DNA of 64,000 nt, taken from a candidate division FCPU426 bacterium (GTDB taxonomy: Bacteria; Oederibacteriota; PGYV01; Palsa-1178). The stretch spans positions 192,001-256,000 of the forward strand of contig CAWIXE010000003.1 of the NCBI GenBank assembly GCA_963840035.1, read 5' to 3'. Shown one piece after another: positions 1 to 10,661 of this stretch. A program made the position numbers and the translations under genes. Under the pieces are notes generated by a model. That model had not been told where the DNA came from and searched no databases. It saw only the letters and a program-made list of their open reading frames with translations. Position 1 is the first letter of the stretch; every line of letters begins with the position of its first letter.

Positions 1-1
1 A

Positions 2-916
2 CCGCTGCCGCTTCAGGACAGGATGGAGATAATAGAAATAAACAGCTACACCGAGCATGAGAAAATGAACATAGTAAAAAGGTTCATCATACCCAGGCAG
101 CTTAAGATGCACGGGCTTACTGACAAAGATGTTGAGATAAAAGATGACGCGATAAAGGCGATAATTAACAGTTACACCAAAGAAGCCGGAGTCAGGAACA
201 TGGAACGGGAAGTAAAAGCCATATGCAGGAAAGTGGCAAAGGCCATGGTCATGGAAGAGAAGAAATTTAAGAGGATAACCGTCAGCAATGAGAACATACA
301 GAAATATCTTGGTGTCGCGAAATACATGGACGTGCCAACAAAGGACGTCAATGACGTAGGCACAGCTACAGGCATGGCGTGGACCGAAGTGGGCGGGGAC
401 GTGCTTGTTATAGAAGTCACCACCATGAAAGGCAAGGGCGGTCTGCTTTTGACCGGAAAGCTCGGGGATGTCATGAAGGAATCCGCGCAGGCCGCTTTAA
501 GCTATGCCAGGGCAAAAGCGAAAAAGTTTGGCATCAGGGAAGAGGTTTTTGCTAAAACTGACATACACGTGCACGTTCCCGAAGGCGCCATACCGAAGGA
601 CGGGCCATCCGCGGGGATAACAATGGCCACCGCGATAATTTCGGCGTTTACAGGCAGGCCGGTTAAAAAAATGCTTTCGATGACAGGCGAGATAACGCTC
701 CGCGGCAGGGTGCTGCCCATAGGCGGCCTTAAGGAAAAGGCCCTGGCCGCGCAGAGGAACGGAATTAAAGAAGTGATAATACCTTTTTATAACAAAAAGG
801 ATTTCGAGGAACTTCCGGATTATGTTAAAAAAACCATGAAATTCTATTTTGTAAAGACAATGGACGAGGTCATAAAGATAGCACTTGAAACGCCGGCTTC
901 AGGCAAAAAAAGGTAA
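2..916 (+). CDS. lon: ATP-dependent protease La (Lon), C-terminal part; 5' end lies outside the window
   Basis: Frame open from base 2 (PLPLQDRME...); Lon motifs [26 protein letters not shown] (catalytic Ser), [20 protein letters not shown]. Confidence 0.97.
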   Translation, partial: PLPLQDRMEIIEINSYTEHEKMNIVKRFIIPRQLKMHGLTDKDVEIKDDAIKAIINSYTKEAGVRNMEREVKAICRKVAKAMVMEEKKFKRITVSNENIQKYLGVAKYMDVPTKDVNDVGTATGMAWTEVGGDVLVIEVTTMKGKGGLLLTGKLGDVMKESAQAALSYARAKAKKFGIREEVFAKTDIHVHVPEGAIPKDGPSAGITMATAIISAFTGRPVKKMLSMTGEITLRGRVLPIGGLKEKALAAQRNGIKEVIIPFYNKKDFEELPDYVKKTMKFYFVKTMDEVIKIALETPASGKKR

Positions 917-1091
917 ATACTGGAGCATCCATCCAGGATATTTGATGGATTAAAAAAGTCTGCCGGGGCGCTTTAAACGGATTGATTTTGGTGGCGTGAA
1001 ATTTTACCCGGCCGGTTAAAAATTTAGCAGGAGGCCGGATATCAGCACATCAAAGATAATCGCGATAAATATATCCAGCCAGGCGGCAACT

Positions 1092-2483
1092 ATGCTTTTT
1101 GGCAGGATATTTGGGGCCGTCGCAAGCGTGGCCCTTATAAGGTATCTTGGCGCGGAAAAGCAAGGGTTATATTCATATATAATAAACACAATATTTCTCT
1201 TCGGTTTTTTTGCCGAATTTGGCATTACTAGCATACTTATACGCGAGATGAAGATAAGCGGGAGTAACGGCGGGAAATTGTTAGGCAACGCCATAGCAAT
1301 ACAGGCGGTGCAGCTTGTGCTGTCGGTTGTTTTAGTGGCGGCATATACATTCCTTTTGGAAGGCAAGCATGAGATACGGCCGACTATGATGCTGGCGGTC
1401 TTTTCTTTTATGCTGCTCTACCTGGCAAATCCTTTCCAGGCCACCCTCAACAGCTATGAAAAAATGTACATAACCGGACTGATAGCCGGGATATCTTCCA
1501 TAATCAACGCGGCCATGATCTTTACCGCAATATATTTTAAGATGGACATAAACAAAATCATTATTCTGTTGGGCATATCGAACCTGATAAACGTTATATT
1601 GTCAGTTATCATGTGCAATAAATTCGCGGTCTATCCGGTGTTCAAGTTTGAAAAGGAACTGTTGTTTAAGCTGCTGAAGTACAGCTTGCCGCTGGGTATT
1701 ATCGGGGTGTTTAATTATATTTTTCTAAAGGTGGACGTGTTTTTGCTCTTTAGATTTGTCGAACAGGCGCAGGTTGGATATTATTCGGCTGTAACCAGGA
1801 TACTTGATATTGTTACAAGCGCCATGCTGGTCATAATCCTGCCATTTTATCCGAGATTCTCATATGTTTTCAGCACCGACAGCGCGGAAAAAGGCATCAG
1901 GATAGTGAACCTGTCGCTTAAGTACATTATATTCCTGACAGCCCCGTTTGTGCTTATGGTCTCGTTTTTTAGCGGCGAATACGCGATGCTGATATTGGGG
2001 AAAAAATTTACCGAGTCGGGGCCTATACTCGGGATTCTCATATGGTCCATTCTTGTGCTGCCGTTGGGTTCCATTTTTAGTTATGCCATTGTTGCGGTAA
2101 GGCTGACAAAGGCGCTTACTTTTGTAATGGCTGCGGTAGCAACTATTAATGTGTGCATGAACATTATTTTAATACCTCGTTTTGGCATAACAGCAACTGC
2201 CGTATTGGACGTTGTGTCTAAATTTCTCGCATTTCTAGGGGCTTTCATGATCTTTAACATGAAAGTAGGCAAAAGCGGGTTGTTGTCATTCGCCGCGAGC
2301 GTCGTGGCAGGTATGGCCGTAATGCTGGCTGTAATGTGGCTGGCAGGGCCGCGGATAAATTACATACTGGCTTCCATATCGGGTGGAGCCGCATATGTGG
2401 CCACCCTGGTCGCTCTTAAGTATTTTGGACGGGGCGAGTATGACATCGTCCGGAATATATTTAAAAAAACAAAGCCTGTTTAA
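1092..2483 (+). CDS. Wzx-type oligosaccharide flippase (MOP superfamily); true start may be ATC at 1041
   Basis: Many hydrophobic segments, RYLG..QG.Y and VGYYSAV motifs; first gene of a glycosyltransferase cluster. Confidence 0.85.
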   Translation: MLFGRIFGAVASVALIRYLGAEKQGLYSYIINTIFLFGFFAEFGITSILIREMKISGSNGGKLLGNAIAIQAVQLVLSVVLVAAYTFLLEGKHEIRPTMMLAVFSFMLLYLANPFQATLNSYEKMYITGLIAGISSIINAAMIFTAIYFKMDINKIIILLGISNLINVILSVIMCNKFAVYPVFKFEKELLFKLLKYSLPLGIIGVFNYIFLKVDVFLLFRFVEQAQVGYYSAVTRILDIVTSAMLVIILPFYPRFSYVFSTDSAEKGIRIVNLSLKYIIFLTAPFVLMVSFFSGEYAMLILGKKFTESGPILGILIWSILVLPLGSIFSYAIVAVRLTKALTFVMAAVATINVCMNIILIPRFGITATAVLDVVSKFLAFLGAFMIFNMKVGKSGLLSFAASVVAGMAVMLAVMWLAGPRINYILASISGGAAYVATLVALKYFGRGEYDIVRNIFKKTKPV

Positions 2484-2492
2484 AGGGGTACC

Positions 2493-3638
2493 ATGAAGCC
2501 GGAAATCCGGAAAAAGGTACTAATCATAAGCGGTACCGCGGTAATCAGCGGGGCGGAATATGTCCTGGCTGATTACTTAAAAGCCACATCATTTAAAAGC
2601 GGCATAATGATTCTGCATTCCGACATCCCGGACGTTAACAAATTTTATTCCGGCCTGGGGGTAAAAACAAAGGCTTGCGCCTTTTTAAATCCGTCAGGTG
2701 CGGACAAGACGAGGGGAATTATGCCGGTTATAATAAAGGTTTTCAGGTATGTGACGGCAGTTATTAACCTGCCTTTCATAATAATTTCAAGCGGCGCTGA
2801 AAAAGTTGCCGGAAACAATACCGGGGACGCCGTGTATTCACCGGCGGCTTTCTTCACAGGAAGAAAGTTCATCAGCCATGTGCATGATATTATGGATAAA
2901 AAGTCGCTTACTTCCGCCGCGGTAAGGCTGCTTGACGTTTTTGTCTGGAAATACGTGGCAGTATCAGGGGCGGTAAAGGCATCGCTGGCCGACATGGGTA
3001 TTGTCCCCGCAAAAATAACCACGGTATATAACGGCGTTAATGCGGCTGCAGGGCTGAAAAAGAAAAAGGCGGCCACCGCAATCTCAATTGCGTTCGCGGG
3101 AAACATTGAAGACAGGAAAAACCCGCTGGAATTTGTGCGCTTTATTAATTACTTAAATAAGGCCGGGATTGTGGCAAATGGAAAAATAGCGTGCGCCAAT
3201 GTGCCGGATGAGGCGCTGATGGAAAAGCTGAAAGACGAGGTAAAACAAGGCGGCGGCGCCGTAAAAATACTGGGAAAGGTTAGCAGGGATAAAATGGACG
3301 GTTTTTATGCATCCGCCGACTACCTTATGGTAACAAGTATAAGCGACCCGCTGCCTACAGTTGTTATCGAGGCTTTCAATAAAGGCGTGCCGGTAATCGG
3401 AAAGCGTTCCGGAGGGCTGCCTGAAATGATCCGTGACGGGTATAACGGATTTTTATACGGATCGGACTCGGATTTTAAGGGGCTAGCCGGAAAACTCATG
3501 GCTATAAAAAGCGCGGCATATGCGGGGTTCCGGCAAAACGCGCTGGATACGGTAAAGGAAAAATTCGCACTCGGCATGAAAACGGATAAAATGGACGCTA
3601 TATTTTTCAAAGAAGAAAGGCCGGCTGGAAAAAGATGA
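2493..3638 (+). CDS. Glycosyltransferase family 4 (GT-B)
   Basis: SGAE N-terminal motif; DPLPTVVIEAFNKGVPVI...GGLPEMI...NGFL C-terminal motif. Confidence 0.9.
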   Translation: MKPEIRKKVLIISGTAVISGAEYVLADYLKATSFKSGIMILHSDIPDVNKFYSGLGVKTKACAFLNPSGADKTRGIMPVIIKVFRYVTAVINLPFIIISSGAEKVAGNNTGDAVYSPAAFFTGRKFISHVHDIMDKKSLTSAAVRLLDVFVWKYVAVSGAVKASLADMGIVPAKITTVYNGVNAAAGLKKKKAATAISIAFAGNIEDRKNPLEFVRFINYLNKAGIVANGKIACANVPDEALMEKLKDEVKQGGGAVKILGKVSRDKMDGFYASADYLMVTSISDPLPTVVIEAFNKGVPVIGKRSGGLPEMIRDGYNGFLYGSDSDFKGLAGKLMAIKSAAYAGFRQNALDTVKEKFALGMKTDKMDAIFFKEERPAGKR

Positions 3639-4636
3639 AGAAAAAAGTGCTTGTGATAAAACTGTGCTGTATTGGCGACATAATACAGATGACACCGGCT
3701 TTAAGGGCTGTAAAAAAGTCCGGAGATGAAGTGCACCTGCTTTGCGCTCCATGGGTGAATGATGTCGCCGGCATGGTGCCTTTTATAGATAAAAAATATA
3801 ATCTTGACCAGAAAGACCCTTTTTCGATTGTTATGGCAATAATTGCCCTGCGCAGGGAGAAATACGACCTTATAATAAACTTTCACAGGGATTTCAAGTC
3901 CTATATTTTCGCGTTTTTGGCCGGGGCGAAAAGCAGGGCTGGATTTAACTGGAAAGGCCAGGGGCTCTTCATAGACCGCTCTTTTGTATTTGATGAAAAT
4001 GAGCATGAGTCAAGAAGGTACCTGTCAATTACACAAGGCCTCGGGTATAAGACCGCGGGTTTTAACACGGAGCTAAAAGCCCCGGCGGTTATTCGTGAAA
4101 AAACAGCCACGAAAATGATAGGCCTTTTCCCCGGGGGCGGAAAGAATCCCGGGACCGTCATGACCACTAAACGCTGGCCTGTGGAAAATTTTATCCGGCT
4201 CGCGCAGGGCCTGGGCAGGTGTGAGACGCATATTTTCGGAGGCGCGACTGATTCGGATGTGGTTTCAGCGCTTAAAAAGGCACTGCCTTCAGCCGTGGTT
4301 GAGAACACAAATAATCTTAAGGAACTGGCAGTAAGGATATCGGCCATGGATGTTTTTGTCGCGGGTGACACCGGGCCGCTCCATATGTCCGCGGCGCTAG
4401 GGGTAAAGACGGTGGGGCTTTTTGGGCCGACTTCGCCGGAACTTGTAGGGCCGCCGGGAAAACATGTCATAAACCTGTGGGGAAAAACAGCGTGCGCGCC
4501 GTGTTACGTTCCGGGGACCGTGCATAAAAAGGAATTTTTAAAGTGCGCTGATAACAGGTGCATGAAAGCTGTTACCGTGGAAAAAACCATCGCCGCGGTG
4601 AAGAAACTGCTTAAAATAAAACGTAATGCCCGATAA
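3635..4636 (+). CDS. Glycosyltransferase family 9 (heptosyltransferase-like)
   Basis: IKLCCIGDII, KRWP, GDTGPLHMSAALG..TVGLFGPT motifs. Confidence 0.92.
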   Translation: MKKKVLVIKLCCIGDIIQMTPALRAVKKSGDEVHLLCAPWVNDVAGMVPFIDKKYNLDQKDPFSIVMAIIALRREKYDLIINFHRDFKSYIFAFLAGAKSRAGFNWKGQGLFIDRSFVFDENEHESRRYLSITQGLGYKTAGFNTELKAPAVIREKTATKMIGLFPGGGKNPGTVMTTKRWPVENFIRLAQGLGRCETHIFGGATDSDVVSALKKALPSAVVENTNNLKELAVRISAMDVFVAGDTGPLHMSAALGVKTVGLFGPTSPELVGPPGKHVINLWGKTACAPCYVPGTVHKKEFLKCADNRCMKAVTVEKTIAAVKKLLKIKRNAR

Positions 4637-4648
4637 AAGGAGCCCTGA

Positions 4649-5743
4649 ATGAAGGTTGCCGTAATACACGACTGGCTTACAGGAATAAGAGGAGGGGAAA
4701 AGGTTTTAGAACAGATACTTCTTCTTTTTCCGGAATCTGATATATTTACGCTGATTTGCGATAAAGAGAAAATCCCGCCGGAGATTAAGAGACACTCGAT
4801 TACTGCTTCTTTTCTTCAGCATATACCAGGGATAATGAAGTCATACAGGAATTTCCTGCCTTTTTTCCCGGCTGCAATTGAAAGTTTTAACCTCAAAGGT
4901 TATGACCTTATAGTATCATCAAGCCATTGCGCGGCTAAATCAGTAAAAAAGCCCGAAGGCGCCGTCCATTTCTGTTATTGCCATACCCCGATGAGGTACG
5001 CCTGGGACCAGTTCCCCAATTATTTTTCCCCTGAGAGGAACGGCAAATTAAAATACGCCATTATTTCCGCCATAATGCCCTTTCTTAAGGAATGGGACAA
5101 AAAGACCTCTTCAAGGGTGGATTACTACATGGCAAATTCTTCGGCGGTAAAGGGACGCATCAGGGATTATTACGCGAGGGAGAGCGAAGTTGTCTGCCCG
5201 CCGGTTAATACGGATTTTTATACTCCCGGCGGGGTAAAGGAAGATTTTTACCTCATGGTTTCCGCGATGACAGAATATAAAAAAGTTGATTATGCGGTGG
5301 ATATATTCAACAGGCTGCCTGATAAAAAGCTTCTTATAATAGGGGGAGGGCCGCTGCTGGACGGCATCAGAAAAAAAGCGGCTGCCAACATTGACGTCGC
5401 CGGCTACCGTACTGATGTGGAAATAAGAGACGCCTATAGGAAGGCAAAGGCGTTTATATTCCCGGGGGAAGAGGATTTTGGCATAACCATGGCTGAGTCG
5501 CTTGCCTGCGGAACCCCGGTGCTCGCGTTTAATAAGGGAGGAGCGCTTGACATAGTAACAGAGGGTTTGACAGGGGAGTTTTATGACGGCACGTCAGGGG
5601 ATTTCATAAAAACACTTGAGAAAATGAATGGTAAAAGGTATGATGTAGAAAAAATGAGGGCTTCGGCCCTGAGATTTTCCATAGATAATTTTAAGCACAA
5701 TTTTAAGGCTTTTTTGGCCAAAAACGGAGCGTTAATTGAATAA
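4649..5743 (+). CDS. Glycosyltransferase family 4
   Basis: MKVAVIHDWL..RGGEKV, YCHTPMRYAWD, EEDFGITMAESLACGTPV. Confidence 0.93.
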   Translation: MKVAVIHDWLTGIRGGEKVLEQILLLFPESDIFTLICDKEKIPPEIKRHSITASFLQHIPGIMKSYRNFLPFFPAAIESFNLKGYDLIVSSSHCAAKSVKKPEGAVHFCYCHTPMRYAWDQFPNYFSPERNGKLKYAIISAIMPFLKEWDKKTSSRVDYYMANSSAVKGRIRDYYARESEVVCPPVNTDFYTPGGVKEDFYLMVSAMTEYKKVDYAVDIFNRLPDKKLLIIGGGPLLDGIRKKAAANIDVAGYRTDVEIRDAYRKAKAFIFPGEEDFGITMAESLACGTPVLAFNKGGALDIVTEGLTGEFYDGTSGDFIKTLEKMNGKRYDVEKMRASALRFSIDNFKHNFKAFLAKNGALIE

Positions 5744-7139
5744 GAAAACATTTCAGGACATCCTAAAAGCCGGGTTATTTGCCGGGGACGCGGTAATAAT
5801 TGCCGTATCGGTGCTGCTGGCGTATTATCTCCGGTTCTATGTGAAGCTTGTACCTTTAAAATACGGGATACCGCCGGTTACCGACTATGTATTCGCCATA
5901 CCGGTAATGCTCGCCATATTCCTGCTGGCTTTCAATTATGCGGGTCTTTACAGGATCGAGCGGGGACGTTCCAGGATAGATGAGTCCATTGCAGCCTTCC
6001 TGTCGGTGAGCGCCGGCATAATACTTCTCATATCATTTACCTTCTTTTTCAGGGAAGTATCATATTCCAGGATAGTCATAATGCACCTGTGGGCCTTATG
6101 CTCCATCCTCATAGTTCTATGGAGGCTGCTGTACAGGTCCATTTATTTATCCTTAAGCAGAAACGAGCTAATCATTCCCAGGATCATCATAATAGGGGCC
6201 ACTGAAGTGTCAAGGATGCTAATTGAGAGGCTCAAAAGGCAGCATGATAACGGCGGATACAGTATAGTCGGGGTGCTTGACGACAGGCTTAAAAAAGGCA
6301 GGAAATTCTGCGGCGAAGCTGTGCTCGGGAAGATTAAGGAACTTACTGCGCTGGCTGAAGAACAAAAGGTGGATGAGGTTTTCATGGGGCTATCAGACTA
6401 TGACAGGCGCAGGGTGGCGGATATAATACTTCAGAATGATAGAGTGAGGTTTTTGATAGCTTCCGACATAATGGGGATACTTACCAAAGCAGTGGATTAT
6501 GGTGAATTGTACGGCATTCCTGTCTTTTCCGTAAAGGATTTGCCGCTTAACAGTCCGTGGAACAGGTTTGTAAAGAGGGCTTTTGACATCGTATTTTCAC
6601 TTACTGCAATAATAGCACTTTCTCCGTTTCTTTTGGCTATAGCGCTGCTGGTAAAGGTTACCTCAAAAGGGCCTGTCCTTTACGGACAGGAGCGCTTAAG
6701 CAGGGGCAATAAGCCCTTTATAATGCTAAAGTTCAGGACCATGAAAGAGGATGCCGAGAAAAAAAGCGGCCCGGTATGGGCAAAAGCAGGCGACCCGAGA
6801 AGGACACCCATAGGCACGTTCCTCAGGAAGACATCCATAGACGAACTGCCGCAGCTGTTCAATGTGCTAAAAGGCGACATAAGCATGATAGGCCCGAGGT
6901 CCGAGAGGCCTCACTTTGTGGCAAAATTCAAGGAAGAGATACCGCGCTATATTGAACGCCACAGGGTCAAGGGCGGGCTTTCAGGATGGGCCCAGGTGAA
7001 CGGGCTGCGCGGAGATACATCGCTGGAAGAGCGGGTTAAGTACGACCTTTATTACATAGAAAACTGGAGTCTCTGGTTTGATATAAAAATCATCATTAAG
7101 ACGGTTCTGGAAATATTCCACCATACAACGGCGTATTAA
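5736..7139 (+). CDS. Undecaprenyl-phosphate glucose phosphotransferase (WcaJ-like initiating sugar transferase)
   Basis: N-terminal TM helices; KRAFDI, KFRTM, LRKTSIDELPQLFNV, GWAQVNGLRG, DLYYIENWS; TTG start. Confidence 0.93.
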   Translation: MNKKTFQDILKAGLFAGDAVIIAVSVLLAYYLRFYVKLVPLKYGIPPVTDYVFAIPVMLAIFLLAFNYAGLYRIERGRSRIDESIAAFLSVSAGIILLISFTFFFREVSYSRIVIMHLWALCSILIVLWRLLYRSIYLSLSRNELIIPRIIIIGATEVSRMLIERLKRQHDNGGYSIVGVLDDRLKKGRKFCGEAVLGKIKELTALAEEQKVDEVFMGLSDYDRRRVADIILQNDRVRFLIASDIMGILTKAVDYGELYGIPVFSVKDLPLNSPWNRFVKRAFDIVFSLTAIIALSPFLLAIALLVKVTSKGPVLYGQERLSRGNKPFIMLKFRTMKEDAEKKSGPVWAKAGDPRRTPIGTFLRKTSIDELPQLFNVLKGDISMIGPRSERPHFVAKFKEEIPRYIERHRVKGGLSGWAQVNGLRGDTSLEERVKYDLYYIENWSLWFDIKIIIKTVLEIFHHTTAY

Positions 7140-7152
7140 GGCAGATAAAAGA

Positions 7153-7232
7153 TAATTTTAAGTTTTTAGTTTTAAGATAGAAACGCTCCGTATTAATCTT
7201 AAAACTAAAAACTTAAAATTAAAAATCTAAAA
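7153..7232. repeat. Intergenic 7-nt-period inverted repeat (TTTTAAG/TTTTTAG family)
   Basis: Perfect 26-bp arms 7153-7178 and 7196-7221, ending just before the GGAGG RBS. Confidence 0.9.
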
Positions 7233-7247
7233 TGGAGGATTTACAAT

Positions 7248-8165
7248 ATGAGGATTTTAGTTACCGGCGGGGCCGGGTTTATCGGAAGCAATGTCGCTGA
7301 CGCTTTTATGAAGGCGGGGCATGAAGTGGTATCCGTGGATAACATGTTCGCGGGAAATATGAGCAACGTGAGCAGGGGCATAAAGTTTTACAGGGAAGAT
7401 ATCAGGTCTAAAAAAATGCTCTCAATAATGAAAAAGGAAAAAATCGACGCGATAAGCCACCACGCAGCGCAGATAAGCGTACCTGATTCGGTAAAAAATC
7501 CGGGATTTGACGCGGACATAAATGTGATGGGCGTAATTAATCTGCTTGAATGCGCGAAAGACGCGGGGGTAAAAAAAGTTATATTTGTATCAAGCGGAGG
7601 CACGGTTTACGGCACACCTTCAAAATTCCCCGTTGCCGAGACGCACCCATATGCCGCGGAGAGCCCTTATGGCATCAGCAAAGTGGCAGGGGAATTATAT
7701 GTAAAGTTTTTTGCGGCGCAGTATAAAATGAAGTACACGATACTCCGGTACAGCAATGTATTCGGCCCCAGGCAGGTGCCGCACGGCGAGGCAGGAGTGG
7801 TTGCCATATTCATCAAGAAAATAATGGCGGGCCAGGCGCCCACGGTATTTGGCGGCGGAAAATGCGTGCGCGACTATGTTTACGTCGGGGATGTGGCCGC
7901 AGCCAACGTCGCGGCACTGAATAAAGGTGATAATATGGAGTTTAATATCGGAACAGGAATACCTACCGATACAAATATGCTCTATAAAGCGGTGCAAAAA
8001 GTGACCGGATTTAAGGAAGACGCGTTAAAAGGGCCTTTCAGGGAAGGCGATATCCTGGCGAATTACCTCGACAACAGAAAAGCAGCCAGGGTGCTTAAGT
8101 GGAAGCCGAAAGTCAAGCTTGAGGAAGGCGTTAAAAATACGTATGAGTACTTTAAAAATCTTTAA
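7248..8165 (+). CDS. NAD-dependent epimerase/dehydratase (UDP-glucose 4-epimerase-like)
   Basis: GGAGFIG, YGISK (YxxxK), RYSNVFGPRQ, RDYVYV. Confidence 0.92.
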   Translation: MRILVTGGAGFIGSNVADAFMKAGHEVVSVDNMFAGNMSNVSRGIKFYREDIRSKKMLSIMKKEKIDAISHHAAQISVPDSVKNPGFDADINVMGVINLLECAKDAGVKKVIFVSSGGTVYGTPSKFPVAETHPYAAESPYGISKVAGELYVKFFAAQYKMKYTILRYSNVFGPRQVPHGEAGVVAIFIKKIMAGQAPTVFGGGKCVRDYVYVGDVAAANVAALNKGDNMEFNIGTGIPTDTNMLYKAVQKVTGFKEDALKGPFREGDILANYLDNRKAARVLKWKPKVKLEEGVKNTYEYFKNL

Positions 8166-8257
8166 CTTATAGCTGAAAGCTTAAAACTGAAAGTTGAAGC
8201 GAAGACGATAATTTTCCCGGCCTTCACTTTAAGTTTTCAGTTTTAAGTTTTAAGTTG
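8164..8257. repeat. Intergenic 7-nt-period inverted repeat (CTTAAAA/CTGAAAG family)
   Basis: Left arm agctgaaagcttaaaactgaaagttgaag, right arm cttcactttaagttttcagttttaagttttaagtt. Confidence 0.85.
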
Positions 8258-8271
8258 AACCCGGAGGTTTT

Positions 8272-9276
8272 ATGAAAGCCTTGATTCTCATCGGCGGCGA
8301 AGGCACCAGGCTTCGGCCGCTGACGTACACCACCTTAAAATGCATGGTGCCCATCGCAAACAGGCACTTCATAGATTATCAGATGAAACTCCTGAAGAAA
8401 AACTCTATCCGGGAAGTAATCCTTTCCATTTGCTACCTTCCGGAAAAAGTTAAAAAGGCCGTCGGAAGCGGTAAAAAATACGGCATGAAAATAAGGTACG
8501 CCAGGGAAAAAGAGCCTCTCGGCACGGCAGGAGCCATAAAGAATTGCGAAAAATACCTCGATGACACCACTGTTATCATGAACGGCGATATCCTTACGGA
8601 TATTGACATAAACGGCATGCTTAAATCCCATAAGGATAAAAAGGCCGTTGTTACCATCGCGCTTCATAAAGTTGACAATCCTTCGGCGTACGGGCTGGTT
8701 TTGACACAAAAGAGCGGAAGGGTTATAAGTTTTATAGAAAAACCCGGTGAGGCAGAAGCGCCTACAAACTGGATAAATGCGGGGATATATATTTTTGACA
8801 GGAAGGCGCTGGGATTCATACCGGCGGGAATAAAATGCTCCGTTGAGAGGGAAATATTTCCGGCGCTTATTGAGAAAGGGGAGCCTGTCTTTGGTTATAA
8901 AACTGGGGCTTACTGGCTTGATATAGGCAAGATAGACAGTTACAGAAAGGCAAATTATGACGTGCTCTCGGGTAAATTCAGAAATCCGTTCGGCGCTACG
9001 GCCGGCCGTAAAATTATTATCGGGAAAAACACTAAAATTGACAGAAAAGCAAATATTACCGGGCCGTTTATTATCGGGGCAGGTTCAGCCGTCTGCAAAG
9101 GCGCGGCTATAAAAAACTCCATAATATGGGACAGGGTGAAGATAGGGCAGGGCGCGGTTATAAAGGATTCAATTATCGGCGAGAAGTGTGTTGTAAAACC
9201 AGGGGCCGAAGTGGCAGATGCGGTAATAGGCGGAGGTACGGTTGTTTCATCCGGGACTATAGGGGCGGAAAAATGA
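8272..9276 (+). CDS. NDP-sugar pyrophosphorylase (mannose-1-phosphate guanylyltransferase-like)
   Basis: GGEGTRLRPLT, EPLGTAGA, NGD, INAGIY, YWLDIG; C-terminal hexapeptide repeats. Confidence 0.9.
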   Translation: MKALILIGGEGTRLRPLTYTTLKCMVPIANRHFIDYQMKLLKKNSIREVILSICYLPEKVKKAVGSGKKYGMKIRYAREKEPLGTAGAIKNCEKYLDDTTVIMNGDILTDIDINGMLKSHKDKKAVVTIALHKVDNPSAYGLVLTQKSGRVISFIEKPGEAEAPTNWINAGIYIFDRKALGFIPAGIKCSVEREIFPALIEKGEPVFGYKTGAYWLDIGKIDSYRKANYDVLSGKFRNPFGATAGRKIIIGKNTKIDRKANITGPFIIGAGSAVCKGAAIKNSIIWDRVKIGQGAVIKDSIIGEKCVVKPGAEVADAVIGGGTVVSSGTIGAEK

Positions 9277-10661
9277 GCGGCATAAAATTCGGGACGGACG
9301 GCTGGCGCGCGAAGATAGCCGAGGAGTTTACTTTTGAAAACCTTGAAAAAATAACTAAAGCATATGCCGCGGCAGAACTTGAAAAAACAAAAAAACCGCG
9401 TGTGGCTGTGGGTTACGACAACAGATTCCTTTCGGAAAAATACGCGGTTTTTGTCTCTGAAATACTCGCGCGGCACGGGTTTGCCGTCCATCTTTTTGAC
9501 GCTGCGGTGCCAACGCCGCTTGTATCCTGGACTATTGTCAGGAAAAAACTTGATTCAGGCATTGTAATCACATCCAGCCATAATCCCTTCACATATAACG
9601 GTTTTAAGATAAAAAACAGCAGCGGGGCCGGCGCTTCCGGGGAAGAAACCGGGAAAGTTGAAAGATACATTGTGAAACCGCGGAGGCTGCCGCTTAAAAA
9701 AGGCTCCATAACGAAGATAAACATGGACGACCAGTACGTAACAGCGCTTGCTTCCATAGTGGATGTAAACGCCATTAAAAGGTCCGGCATGAAAATCGTA
9801 GTGGACGCTATGTACGGCCCGGGAGCCGGCTATATGGAAAAGGCGCTCAACGGGTATAAAAACATAAAAACTATCCACGGATACAGGGACCCTCTCTTCG
9901 GAGGGATTACGCCGGAACCGGTAAGGAAAAACCTGCTTGAACTTGAGGAGGCGGTAAAGTCAGAAAAGGCGGATATAGGCGTGGCACTTGACGGAGACGG
10001 CGACAGGATGGCTTTTGTCGACGATAAGGGGCGTTACGCATCACCTCATAAGGTGCTTGTATTCCTGCTCCTTCACCACATAAAGAATAAAAAGATGAAA
10101 TTCAGGTTTGTCAAGACCATAGCAGGCACGGCCCTGCTCAATACATTAGCGGCTGAATACTCTGTGGAGCTTCTTGAAACGCCGGTTGGATTTAAGCATA
10201 TAGGTTCTCTTATGGCGCGGGACTCAGCGACAATCGGCGGGGAAGAAAGCGGCGGAGTGGGGTTTGGATACTACCTGCCTGAAAGGGACGGTATCATAGG
10301 AAACCTGATGCTGCTTGAATTCCTGGCTGCCGGCAAAAAAAAGGCGTCAGCAGTGCTGGCGCAGCTCGATGAAAAGTACGGAAAATATGAGTATGCCAGG
10401 CTGGATTTAAAGTTCATGGAAACAAAGAGGCGGAAACTTATGGATACCGCCGCAGGGCTTTATGAAGCGGGGAAAATATCGGGAAAAGCCATTACGGGAA
10501 TAAGCCGCCTTGACGGCATAAAGTATATGCTCGGGGATAATGAATGGGTGCTATTCAGGTTCTCGGGAACAGAGCCGCTGCTCAGGATATACTCGGAAGC
10601 CCCTTCAAAAAACGCGGCGGATGACAACCTGAAGTTCTGCGCCCAAGCGCTGGGGTTCTAA
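9273..10661 (+). CDS. Phosphoglucomutase/phosphomannomutase
   Basis: FGTDGWR, TSSHNP, DGDGDR, GEESGG, RFSGTEP; ATG 9273 overlaps the previous stop (ATGA). Confidence 0.93.
   Translation: MSGIKFGTDGWRAKIAEEFTFENLEKITKAYAAAELEKTKKPRVAVGYDNRFLSEKYAVFVSEILARHGFAVHLFDAAVPTPLVSWTIVRKKLDSGIVITSSHNPFTYNGFKIKNSSGAGASGEETGKVERYIVKPRRLPLKKGSITKINMDDQYVTALASIVDVNAIKRSGMKIVVDAMYGPGAGYMEKALNGYKNIKTIHGYRDPLFGGITPEPVRKNLLELEEAVKSEKADIGVALDGDGDRMAFVDDKGRYASPHKVLVFLLLHHIKNKKMKFRFVKTIAGTALLNTLAAEYSVELLETPVGFKHIGSLMARDSATIGGEESGGVGFGYYLPERDGIIGNLMLLEFLAAGKKKASAVLAQLDEKYGKYEYARLDLKFMETKRRKLMDTAAGLYEAGKISGKAITGISRLDGIKYMLGDNEWVLFRFSGTEPLLRIYSEAPSKNAADDNLKFCAQALGF

Noticed and set aside
9126..9272. Longer N-termini from the ORF track (also 30666, 33254, 41146, 58415, 60448)
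   Set aside because: They overlap upstream genes, promoters or repeats; downstream starts fit RBS position or family N-termini better.
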